Below are positions 31,787-40,258 of a stretch of DNA of 64,000 bases, piece after piece. The notes below the pieces were generated by a model. That model had not been told where the DNA came from. It saw only the letters and a list, made by a program, of their open reading frames with translations, and ran no database searches. The stretch's first letter is position 1. Each line of letters starts with the position of its first letter. A program made the translations under genes and the position numbers. The DNA is from an uncultured Phycisphaerae bacterium (GTDB taxonomy: Bacteria; Planctomycetota; Phycisphaerae; UBA1845; PWPN01), in assembly GCA_938005315.1 (NCBI GenBank), contig CALLOB010000037.1:5393-69392 (forward strand). Direction: 5' to 3'.

Positions 31787-31815
31787 TTGCAGTCGGAGCG
31801 CGACGCGGCTATTAT
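31787..31815 (+). promoter_or_regulatory. Putative sigma-70 promoter of the structured leader
   Basis: TTGCAG-N17-TATTAT, with an overlapping TATAAT. Confidence 0.5.
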
Positions 31816-31821
31816 AATGCA

Positions 31822-31940
31822 CGCCGGACAACAGAGCCGAATGGCCAATGCCTGACGGTGGTGGTTGTTCCGGCGGTCGGATGACTAGCCGAAGGGCAAA
31901 CCCGGCATCGCCGGGTGGGCCCGTTGAATAGTATGCCGGC
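31822..31940 (+). ncRNA. Candidate cis-regulatory leader RNA (riboswitch/attenuator)
   Basis: Stem CGCCGGACAAC/GTTGTTCCGGCG, then CCGGCAT(31902-08)/ATGCCGG(31933-39) competing with CCCGGC-ATC-GCCGGG and with the terminator arm. Confidence 0.6.
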
Positions 31941-31981
31941 GCGGCTGAACACCCCAGGGTGCGCGGCCTCGTCGGTTTTTT
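31936..31981 (+). terminator. Intrinsic terminator (expression platform of the leader)
   Basis: CCGGCG.../...CGTCGG stem with inner CACC/GGTG pairing, followed by TTTTTT. Confidence 0.65.
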
Positions 31982-32172
31982 GTTGGCCTCAGAGGGTTCT
32001 CCGGTCGCCTTCCGGCAGCCGGGGCGAGGCCGCGGGTCGTTTACGGCAGCGCGCCGGACCCGTTCGAAATCAGAGGCGCCCGCTGGAGCCCTGCGGTGCG
32101 GCGTGCGGCCAATACTCGTCATTGAGGACCGGCCGCCGGTTTTCCAGAAGGCACGGCATTGGAGGAACGGAA

Positions 32173-32451
32173 ATGCTTACTGTCACACCGGGCGCCGGCG
32201 TGCGCCTGCTGCGCCGGCTGAGGCGCAAGGATGTCGCCGAGGACATGGCGATGAGGTTCACGCGAGGCGCGGCGGCCTGGAAGCTGCGACTGGATCACAT
32301 GCGCCCCTCCGACACCGTCATTGTTCACCAGGGAAGGACGGTCCTGCTTCTTGACGAGGCCGTCGCCCGGGAGATGACCAACATGACGCTGGGCGTCAGG
32401 AAGACCGAAGCCGGGCCTCGATTCGCGCTGGCCGGCGGGCATGTCGTCTGA
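32173..32451 (+). CDS. Small HesB/IscA-like fold protein lacking cysteines
   Basis: GGAGG RBS. MLTVT..A start and D.VIVHQGRTVLLLD....M..MTL pattern typical of HesB-like proteins. No Cys. Confidence 0.6.
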   Translation: MLTVTPGAGVRLLRRLRRKDVAEDMAMRFTRGAAAWKLRLDHMRPSDTVIVHQGRTVLLLDEAVAREMTNMTLGVRKTEAGPRFALAGGHVV

Positions 32452-32486
32452 AGGCGGGCCGACGAGACGCGAAACGGGGAGACTTG

Positions 32487-32801
32487 ATGGCACGCAGAAA
32501 CCGTCCGACACAGGTCAAGCGAGAGCGCGAGCAGCAGAAGCGCGACCGTCAGCGGAAGAAGGCCGAGAAGGCCGCAGCCAAACGCCAACGACGGGCGACC
32601 GCCCGCGGCACCGGTGCCGGGACCCTCGATGAGAATGCCCCGAGGTTTGCCGGCCTGCCGGAAGGTGAACCATCCGGGCTGCAGACGCTCCCTTCGGACA
32701 CTCGGACGCCCGAGCCGGGGCTCAGTCGCCGGGAACCCGGTGAGCCCGGCCGCGAGCATGGAGGCGCAACGCATGGAACTGCCCCGCCGCAGGCCGGATG
32801 A
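32487..32801 (+). CDS. Small basic (Arg/Lys-rich) hypothetical protein
   Basis: GGGGAG RBS. MARRNRPTQVKREREQQKRDRQRKKAEKAAAKRQRR charged helix. Confidence 0.55.
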   Translation: MARRNRPTQVKREREQQKRDRQRKKAEKAAAKRQRRATARGTGAGTLDENAPRFAGLPEGEPSGLQTLPSDTRTPEPGLSRREPGEPGREHGGATHGTAPPQAG

Positions 32802-34680
32802 CGCCTGCCTTCCCGACGGCTCGATGCGGGACGCGATCGCCCGCCTGCAGGGCAGCGGCCTGGTCCGCCACGTGCGCGTCGGCATCGTGTACGCCTTCGA
32901 CTTCCGCACCCGGATGCTGCCCTACTGGTACACCGACAAGCGCATGGCTCCCTGTTCGGTTCGTACCCTCGGCGATGTACTGGATGCCGCGGGTTTCAGG
33001 CACGTGCGGATCGTCCTGCAGCAGTGGAACCCGCGTTTCCGTCCCAGTGCCGCACGTCTGGACGGCAGGCCCCTGGACCTTCTGCTGGTGTCGGCGATGC
33101 AGGTCCACGCCGAGCCGGCCTACGACCTGATCCGCGACGCCCACCGCCTCGGCGATGCCCGGCCGCTCATCCTGGCGGGCGGCCCCAAGGCCGCCTATGA
33201 GCCCACGGATATGCTGGAGATCGGCCCGGAGCCCGGCGTCGGCGCCGACTGCGTCGTCACCGGCGAGGCCTTCGTCCTCCTGGATCTCCTGCTGGCAATG
33301 GTCCAGGTCCGAAAGCACGACGAACCCATCCGCCGGACCTTCGACCGCGCCGCACGCACGAACGCTCTGCACCGGATCCCCGGACTCGTCTATCTCGATC
33401 CTCATCGCCAGGCCGGACCGCCGCTGGCCGTTCACACCGGCGTTCAGCGGCTGCTGAGGGATCTGGACGAGTTGCCGGTGCCCGACGCCGGCTTCCGGAT
33501 GCTCGAGCCCCCCCACCGGGGTCCGGGTTTGCGGCCCCGGCCGCTGGATCCGCGCAAGGTGGCCTCGCACTCGCCCATGGCCTCGATCGTCTCCACCCAG
33601 GGCTGCCGGTTCAACTGCTCCTTCTGCGGCATCCCCGCCCTGAACCAGCGCACCTGGCGGCACAAGAGCGCCCGGCGGCTGACCGACGAGATCCGGCACC
33701 TGCACGAAACCTTCGGCATCAAGGTGTTTTTCGGCACCGACGACAACTTCTTCAACAACCGCGAAACGCTCCTGAGCATGATCACCACCCTGGCCGCGGA
33801 ACGCACCCGCGGCGTTCCCCTGGGCGAGGTCGTCCATATTTACACCGAAGCCACGCAATCGGACGTCTACCGACACCGCGATCTTCTGCCGCTGTGCCGC
33901 CGCGCCGGCCTGCGCGGCATCTGGTTCGGCATCGAGGACATCACCGCCGAGCTGGTCAACAAGGGACAGTGCGCCGGCAACACCGCCGAGCTGTTCGCGA
34001 TGCTGAGGAAGCTCGGCATCGAGCCGATGGCCATGCTGATCCACAGCGATCGCCAGCCGCTCCGCAGTAGGGGCGACGACCTGTCCGGGCTGCTGAATCA
34101 GGCCGACTATCTTTTCCGGCACGGCGCCGTCTCGTATCAGTGCACATACCTGGGCCCGGCCGTCGGCACGCGCGATTTCGAGCCGGCCGCCGAGTCGGGG
34201 GCGATCTTCCGTGCGGTCGGCGGCAGGCCGGTCCCCGAGGCCTTCTACGACGGCAACCACGTCAGTGCGTCGATGCATCCCGAGCCCTGGAAGCGGCAGC
34301 TGAATATCCTGCGGGCCTACGCCCGTTTCTACAACCCGTTGAACACCGTCCGGGCGATGTTCTGTTTCCGCAACGATGCCGTCTCGGCCAAGCGGCTGAT
34401 CTTCCAGATCGCCGGCCAGATCGGCCTGCTGATGACCCTGCCCAAGCTGATCGGCTGGGCCTGGCGCCTGAAGCGGGGACCGATCGAGCCCTGGAACGGT
34501 GTGCAGCCGGCGAGAATCCCGATCGTGGATGCCGCCAGCGGCGAGGAGATCCAGTGGGCCATCCGCCGGCCGCCGAGTCTGCATACCGTCTCACGGCCGC
34601 CGGCATCGGATCGCACCGGCAGCCGTCGGCATCCGCGGGGCGTCCCGGATGTCCGTTCAGCGACCGTCGGCGGTTTGTGA
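32758..34680 (+). CDS. B12-binding-domain radical SAM protein
   Basis: GCRFNCSFC cluster motif and DDNF. N-terminal ILAGGP...VVTGEA cobalamin-binding-like region. Confidence 0.88.
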   Translation: MEAQRMELPRRRPDDACLPDGSMRDAIARLQGSGLVRHVRVGIVYAFDFRTRMLPYWYTDKRMAPCSVRTLGDVLDAAGFRHVRIVLQQWNPRFRPSAARLDGRPLDLLLVSAMQVHAEPAYDLIRDAHRLGDARPLILAGGPKAAYEPTDMLEIGPEPGVGADCVVTGEAFVLLDLLLAMVQVRKHDEPIRRTFDRAARTNALHRIPGLVYLDPHRQAGPPLAVHTGVQRLLRDLDELPVPDAGFRMLEPPHRGPGLRPRPLDPRKVASHSPMASIVSTQGCRFNCSFCGIPALNQRTWRHKSARRLTDEIRHLHETFGIKVFFGTDDNFFNNRETLLSMITTLAAERTRGVPLGEVVHIYTEATQSDVYRHRDLLPLCRRAGLRGIWFGIEDITAELVNKGQCAGNTAELFAMLRKLGIEPMAMLIHSDRQPLRSRGDDLSGLLNQADYLFRHGAVSYQCTYLGPAVGTRDFEPAAESGAIFRAVGGRPVPEAFYDGNHVSASMHPEPWKRQLNILRAYARFYNPLNTVRAMFCFRNDAVSAKRLIFQIAGQIGLLMTLPKLIGWAWRLKRGPIEPWNGVQPARIPIVDAASGEEIQWAIRRPPSLHTVSRPPASDRTGSRRHPRGVPDVRSATVGGL

Positions 34681-35955
34681 GCCGCGGGCCGAACCGCCGG
34701 ACACCACCAGCACGGCGATGTGGCCGCCGAATCCCATGGAAATCTTGAGGACGGCGCCGGGCTCCAGTTCGACCTGATCCCGCGGCCAGTACAACGGCGG
34801 CAGCCGGGGATCGGGCTCCAGCAGTGTGCTCAGCCCGGGTTGCCGGCCTTGCGCGACCGACAGGCATGCAATCGCCGTTTCCACCGCCCCGGCCGCTCCC
34901 AGGAGATGCCCGATGGCCCCCTTGATCGACAGAACCGGGACTCGTGTGGTCTGAGACCCCAGCAGTGCGGCGATGGCCAGCGCCTCGTATGCGTCATTGG
35001 ACCGCGTGCCCGTGCCGTGGGCGTGAATCGCCCGAATATCGCACGGATCGACTGAGGCCCGTCGGCAGGCGGTCCGAAAGGCGTATTCCAGCGACGCGGC
35101 GTCGGCCGACGTGGCCGTGAGCCCGGCCGGATCCGTGGCACAGGCCCAGCCCGAAATCTCGGCCAGGATCGGTGCACCCCGGGCAGCGGCCCCCCGCCGC
35201 GTTTCCAGTACCAGAATCGCAGCCCCCTCGCCGGGAACGAAACCCTCCCGCGTCGCATCGAACGGTCGGCAGGCCCAGGCAGCCCCCAGCTCCGGATGAG
35301 GCCCGGCCAGAACGCCCATCCGATCGAAAGCCGCCAGCCAGAGCGGCGCCAGCGAGGCATCGCTGCCGCCGCACAGTACCCGGTCCGCGCGGCCCTCGAC
35401 GATGAGCTGCGCCCCGCGAATGATCGACGACGTGCCGGTCGCACATGCGGCCACATCGGCCAGGGCGCCGCCCTGCAGACCGTATCGCTCGGCCACCGCG
35501 CGGGCCGGCCCGTCCGGCGGAATGTCCGGCAGCAGGACAGCCAGGTCGGCCGGCAGACCTGGCCTCCGTGGACCGCTCCGTCGAGCCGAGGTCCGCCGCA
35601 TGGCCTGCAGCGCGGCCGAAAGCGTCAGGATGCCGCCCTTGCTCGTACCCACACAGGCCGCGACGCGATCGGGGGACAGATTCCCGACCGGATCGGTCCC
35701 CAGGCCCGCCTGCAACACCGCCTCCTCGGCGGCGGCGACGGCCAACCGGCAGACCCGATCCCGCCGGGTCATGCCCGTCGGAGGCCGGTGTTCCGGCACG
35801 ACCGCGCCGATCCAGCGATGCCGCCCCGGAGCGGCTTGCCGCTCCAGCGGCCCGACCGTCCGCACGCCGTCCAGCAGGGCTCTCCAGGACTGCATGGCCC
35901 CGACACCCGCGGGCGAGACGATTCCGACGCCGGTGACCACGACACCTTCGGACAT
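34657..35955 (-). CDS. Beta-ketoacyl-ACP synthase (FabF-like)
   Basis: VVVTGVG, AACATG (Cys), HAHGTGT, KGAIGHLLGA and GFGG motifs. Confidence 0.9.
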   Translation of the reverse strand: MSEGVVVTGVGIVSPAGVGAMQSWRALLDGVRTVGPLERQAAPGRHRWIGAVVPEHRPPTGMTRRDRVCRLAVAAAEEAVLQAGLGTDPVGNLSPDRVAACVGTSKGGILTLSAALQAMRRTSARRSGPRRPGLPADLAVLLPDIPPDGPARAVAERYGLQGGALADVAACATGTSSIIRGAQLIVEGRADRVLCGGSDASLAPLWLAAFDRMGVLAGPHPELGAAWACRPFDATREGFVPGEGAAILVLETRRGAAARGAPILAEISGWACATDPAGLTATSADAASLEYAFRTACRRASVDPCDIRAIHAHGTGTRSNDAYEALAIAALLGSQTTRVPVLSIKGAIGHLLGAAGAVETAIACLSVAQGRQPGLSTLLEPDPRLPPLYWPRDQVELEPGAVLKISMGFGGHIAVLVVSGGSARGSQTADGR

Positions 35956-35988
35956 GGATGATCGATTCGTGCAGGCTGCCGCCGAGCT

Positions 35989-37059
35989 TCAAGCGGGCAA
36001 ATTGTGACCGGGGCACGGACACGCCGGCGATGCGGCGGCGACCTGCAGGCGTTGACCCGCCTCGCACGACGATCCCACCGGCCGAGCCAGCGTCAGCCCC
36101 AGTTGCTGTACCATCCGGCGGTCCTCTTCCGGCGATCGCCCGAGTGTGGTGAGGTAGTTGCCGATCAGAAAGCTGTCGGCCCCCGCCAGAAAGATCCAGC
36201 TCTGCAGGTCCCCCAGGCACGCTTCCCGCCCCCCCGCCACCTTGATCTCCCGGTCCGGCAGGATCAGCCGCGCCAGGGCGATGATCCGCAGACATTCCAT
36301 CGCCGGCAGGCGCGGCCGGTGCTCCAGCGGCGTTCCGGCGATGGGTATCAGGAAATTCAGCGGCACAATGTCGGGCGCCAGATCGCGGAGTTCAAAGAGC
36401 AGGTCGAACCGGTCCGCCCACGTCTCGCCCATGCCGAACAGCGCCCCGCTGCAGACCATCATGCCGGCCTGCCGGACGTGCCGCAGCGTCGCCAGCCGGT
36501 CGTCGTAGCTGTGGGTGGTCACGATGCGCGGAAAGAATCGCCGCGAGGTCTGCAGGTTGTGGTTGTAGCAGGCAGTACCCCAGTCGGCCAGGCGTCGGGC
36601 CTGATCCGCGTCCAGGCAGCCCAGGGAGGCACAGGCCCGCATTGTGCCGCGATCGCGTATCGCCCGTATCACCGCCCCCCACCGGTCGATGTCCCCATCG
36701 TCCGGGGCGTATCCGCTGTTGACGACACCGAACGCCTCAGCCCCGTTGGCCGCTGCGGCCTGCGCGGCCTGGAGGACCTGCTCTGGCGGGAGTTCGGCGG
36801 GCTGGCAGACCGGTGTCCGGTAGTGCCCCGACTGGCTGCAGAACGCGCAGTCCTCCCCGCAAGCTCCGATCTTGGCGGCCACGATGCTGCAGCAACGGAC
36901 CACCCGGCCGCGGTGATGCTCCCGGATACGGCTGGCGGCCGCGAAGAGATCCGGCAGCAGATCGGCCGGAAGCTCCGCCAGGGACTCGGCCTCGCGGCGA
37001 TGCAGGGGGCGGCCCCGCAGGATCCGCTCGGCGCAGGCGTGTATATCGTCGCGATTCAT
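35989..37059 (-). CDS. bioB: Biotin synthase
   Basis: GACGEDCAFCSQS, CASLG, YNHNL, VCSG and PLNFL...GTPL motifs. Confidence 0.95.
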   Translation of the reverse strand: MNRDDIHACAERILRGRPLHRREAESLAELPADLLPDLFAAASRIREHHRGRVVRCCSIVAAKIGACGEDCAFCSQSGHYRTPVCQPAELPPEQVLQAAQAAAANGAEAFGVVNSGYAPDDGDIDRWGAVIRAIRDRGTMRACASLGCLDADQARRLADWGTACYNHNLQTSRRFFPRIVTTHSYDDRLATLRHVRQAGMMVCSGALFGMGETWADRFDLLFELRDLAPDIVPLNFLIPIAGTPLEHRPRLPAMECLRIIALARLILPDREIKVAGGREACLGDLQSWIFLAGADSFLIGNYLTTLGRSPEEDRRMVQQLGLTLARPVGSSCEAGQRLQVAAASPACPCPGHNLPA

Positions 37060-37085
37060 CAGTCCAGAGGTCCTGTCCGGCAGGT

Positions 37086-37403
37086 TTATTTCGAACGGCG
37101 GGGAGGTTCGCCGGGCATGCGCTGCAGCGGGGTCAGATCGATCTGCTGAATCAGCTCGACCTGGCCGACGGCGGTGTTGAACCCGTACACGTTCATGCGC
37201 TGCAGCGCCGCATCGACGACCACGACCAGCTCGGCCGCGGCGTTGAGGTTGCACGTCGTGACGATGAAATCGCCGGAGTTGGCGGTCTGCCCGGCAGCCA
37301 GTGCAGGCGCCGGCCCCATGGCCTGCAGAAGCACCACGCCGGTCAGCAGAATCGTGGCCGTGATGCTCAACGTCGCGATCGCCAGGTCCTTGCCCGTCAT
37401 CAT
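37086..37403 (-). CDS. Small membrane-anchored hypothetical protein
   Basis: N-terminal TM helix, then PALA...GDFIV...LVVVVD...QRMNVY. Paralog-like to the next gene. Confidence 0.65.
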   Translation of the reverse strand: MMTGKDLAIATLSITATILLTGVVLLQAMGPAPALAAGQTANSGDFIVTTCNLNAAAELVVVVDAALQRMNVYGFNTAVGQVELIQQIDLTPLQRMPGEPPRRSK

Positions 37404-37448
37404 CGGTCGTCCTCGCGGCCGGACGGCGCGGTCCGGCCCTCATCACGG

Positions 37449-37736
37449 TCAGCGACGGAAGTCCCGGGCCAGGTCGCGCGAACCGACCAGCCCGATGGCC
37501 GTAGGCTCGACCCCCGGCATCGTGGTGCGGAACGTGTGCATCTGCATGGTCCGCAGGTCCACAAGATACAAAGCGTCGTTGTTCATCTCCGCCTCGGCAG
37601 CCACCAGGATGAACTCTCCGCTGCGGCCGATGCCCTGGGCTATCGCGGCCGGCGGGGAGTACGCGCCCAGCACCAGAATGGCAGCCAGCGCCGCGTTCAG
37701 AACCAGCAGCAGGGTAATCACCGCGCCCTTGTTCAT
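37449..37736 (-). CDS. Small membrane-anchored hypothetical protein
   Basis: MNKGAVITLLLVLNAAL TM, then AIAQ...GEFIL...LYLVDLRTMQM...RDLARDF. Confidence 0.65.
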   Translation of the reverse strand: MNKGAVITLLLVLNAALAAILVLGAYSPPAAIAQGIGRSGEFILVAAEAEMNNDALYLVDLRTMQMHTFRTTMPGVEPTAIGLVGSRDLARDFRR

Positions 37737-37783
37737 CCCCGTGTTCCTCATGAGCCGGGCCGGCGGCGGAGGCACGCACCCGA

Positions 37784-37978
37784 TCACTGGAGGTTCGATC
37801 GCTTGCACGGCAGGAACGCCACCACCATGCACCCGATCACGAAGCCGGCCATGAACAGCCAGTCCATCGCCGAACCGCCGGCCTCGGTGGTCGACAGCTC
37901 CGGGGCCTCGTACTCCTGGGCGAACACCCCCGCCGCCCCTGCCACGACCGCAATCGCCTGAATCGCCAGCCGGCGCAT
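37784..37978 (-). CDS. Small signal-peptide + C-terminal TM protein
   Basis: MRRLAIQAIAVVAGAAGVFAQ signal, then a TM helix and CKRSNLQ tail. Confidence 0.55.
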   Translation of the reverse strand: MRRLAIQAIAVVAGAAGVFAQEYEAPELSTTEAGGSAMDWLFMAGFVIGCMVVAFLPCKRSNLQ

Positions 37979-38109
37979 CGCACACTCCATCTTCGCCCGA
38001 ACGCAGGCATTATAGCCGTGGCCGGACGGCGGTAAAGCCTGGTCGAACCGCGGAGATGCCCCCGCCCCTCGAACCCCCTGCAACCGTTGACGCGGCGCCT
38101 CACAGTCGG

Positions 38110-38498
38110 TCACGGACGCTCGGTCGCCGGCCCGGGGGGCAGCAGACCCCGACGACGCAGCCAGGCTTCGCATAAGCCGGGCCAGGCGTCCATGCCGTCC
38201 TGGGGCCGGCCCAGCCCGTAGCCGTGCCCCCCTTCTGGAACACGTGCAGTTCGGCCGGAGCCGCCGCCCGACGCAAGGCGGCGTAGAAGGCCAGACGGTT
38301 CTCGACCGGCACGCCGGTATCGTCGCTGCTGTGGACCAGAAAGGCCGGCGGGGTCCGCGGCGTGACCTGCTTCTCGCTGGACAAGGCCAGTGCCTCGGCA
38401 GGGTCCGCCGGCTCGCCCAGCAGGTTGTTCCGCGAACCACGGTGCAGCCAGGGCTCGGTCATGCTGATCACCGGGTAGACCGGGACCAGGAAGTCCAA
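38110..38498 (-). pseudogene. Alpha/beta-hydrolase (esterase) C-terminal remnant, frameshifted
   Basis: YPVIS...TPPAFLVHSSDD..VPVEN...ELHVFQKGG, then GHGYGL...W.R in another frame across a G6 run. N-terminal half including the nucleophile motif is absent. Confidence 0.75.
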
Positions 38499-38727
38499 AC
38501 GGCTGGACCGGAGCCAGTGTCAATTCCTGTGTAAATCGCCCGAGGGGCATCCCGCGTCCTTGCGATCACGCGACCCTTGCCCTGGTTCTCCTCCTCGAAC
38601 ACGACTCGCGCAGCGGCACCGTCAGGCACAGATAAGCCGACTTCAGCCGCCGCCGGCGTCGGCTGAGACGTTCCGGTACCCGGTGGATCAGCCGCACCCC
38701 CGTTGCGGGTCTTCTCGAACCGCCCGT

Positions 38728-39042
38728 GGCAGATTCAAGGACACCGGCAGATCTAACGGCAGATAAAAGGACGGCAGATAAAAGGACATCCATTGCCCTT
38801 GGCCCGGCGTCCGCACCGGCCGACGCACGCGAGCCACCGCTGCAGCCGGCGATCTTCACCTATTCCGCCAGCAAGACCGCCGTTTGTGGAGGCGATCACC
38901 GCGCTCGCGAGGCCGACGGCGGGCCTCTCCGGCCCGATGCTTGCCACCTCCGGCCAACCGTTCGCCACCTTCAGCCCGATGTTCGGCGATTCCAGCCTCC
39001 ACGTTATATGGGTGTCCTTCTCTGCCGGTGTCCTTTTCTGCC
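38728..39042. repeat. ~315-bp element bounded by inverted clusters of GGCAGA(T)-AAGGACAYC units
   Basis: Four tandem units at 38728-38791 and two reverse-complement units at 39011-39042. Confidence 0.7.
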
Positions 39043-39294
39043 CTCGACATGGAGCGGCGCGGCGAAATCGAAATCATCCTCTTCCCGGACTGCTACGGCT
39101 ATGGGCTGATTCGCCTTCTGCCCAGGCCCTGGAAATCCCGGGGCAAGCGGGTGTACCACTACGCCGGCCGGCCTGCTAAGGAATGCCGGAAATCGCCATG
39201 AGCGTGGCGCAGGCGTAGCGCAGAAAAACCTACGGCCTTCCAGCCGGCGCAGCAAAACGGACGCAAGTGTTTTACTTGCAGACGTTTATGCTAA

Positions 39295-39370
39295 TCGGGG
39301 CGACTGGATTTGAACCAGCGACCTCTTGACCCCCAGTCAAGCGCTCTAGGCCAGGCTGAGCTACGCCCCG
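39295..39370 (-). tRNA. tRNA-Pro(GGG)
   Basis: CGGGGCGTAGCTCAG...CTTGA-CTGGGGG-TCAAG...GGTTCAAATCC...CGCCCCGA. CCA not encoded. Confidence 0.96.
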
Positions 39371-39921
39371 CAGGCATACCGGGTCGCGGGAAGCAAGGCG
39401 ATCCGCCGCGGGGCCCGGCCGCCTAGTCAACGGGCCCGCCGGCGGGAGAGGCCGACGACTCGGTACACCGGCTTTGGAGGAATGATAACCGAAGCCCGGC
39501 CGTTGTCCAAACGTCGGCATGGTTGTCGATCCGCGCCGGGCCGGGGGAATGCAGGGCATGGGGGATCGCTCGAAAAGGCGTATGAGGAGGCCGGGCCGCC
39601 GGTCGTCCTGTTCGAGGGCCGAATGCCCGAACGGTTGCCGGGGGACTGCGGCACGGGCCTGTCGGACCGACCGGCATCAGGCTCGATCCGCGCCGCCGGC
39701 ATCAGGGCCGCCGTACGCCCGACAAGGGAGATCCTGGCCGCCATGCGGGCCACGGCGAGCGCCCGGGGGGACGGGCGCCGGGGGGAGGCTTGTCGGGAAA
39801 GGCTCGGGAACCCGTCATTCTAACTGTTCGAGCGGTGCCGTATGCCGCGTTCGGTGCCTGCGGGGCCCGCCCGGCCGCCACCGGATGAGCTTCGGCGTCT
39901 TTGCCGGGACGCCTGGTGCTG

Positions 39922-39950
39922 TTGACATCCGCGGCGCAGGGCCTTCTAAT
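39922..39950 (+). promoter_or_regulatory. Sigma-70 promoter of tRNA-Leu
   Basis: TTGACA-N17-TCTAAT. Confidence 0.65.
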
Positions 39951-39981
39951 AGCGGCAGCTCAGCCGGGCATCCGGCTCGGC

Positions 39982-40066
39982 GCGGATGTGGCGGAATTGG
40001 CAGACGCGCAAGGTTCAGGTCCTTGTGGCCCACAAGGCCGTGGAGGTTCGACTCCTCTCATCCGCA
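39982..40066 (+). tRNA. tRNA-Leu(CAG)
   Basis: GCGGATGTGGCGGAATTGGCAGACGCG, anticodon arm CAAGG-TTCAGGT-CCTTG, long variable arm, GGTTCGACTCC. Confidence 0.96.
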
Positions 40067-40258
40067 ATCGTTCGGCCCCCAGTCCGCACCGCGCCAGGCA
40101 CAACCGAACACAAGGTTATTTATGATGGGCAGTCAGGAACGTCCCTGGCTGCCTTTTCCGTTGCGCGTGGCGGTCTGCGGCCGCCGAAAGGCGATGCCCG
40201 GCCCGTCATGTCCATCCCCTCCGCCGGAGGCGGTGACCGCTGTGCCGTCGGTGCGGCG

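Noticed and set aside
31890..31940. c-di-GMP-I riboswitch (GGGCAAACC start)
   Set aside because: It lacks the GNRA-capped P2 followed by GCAAA and the P3 features. Kept as an unassigned switch instead.
35989..37779. 596-aa extended BioB
   Set aside because: The extension is low-complexity and overlaps two credible small genes in other frames. BioB homology starts at 37059.
39371..39920. Short ORFs between tRNA-Pro and tRNA-Leu
   Set aside because: No motifs or RBS. The region holds the divergent tRNA promoters.
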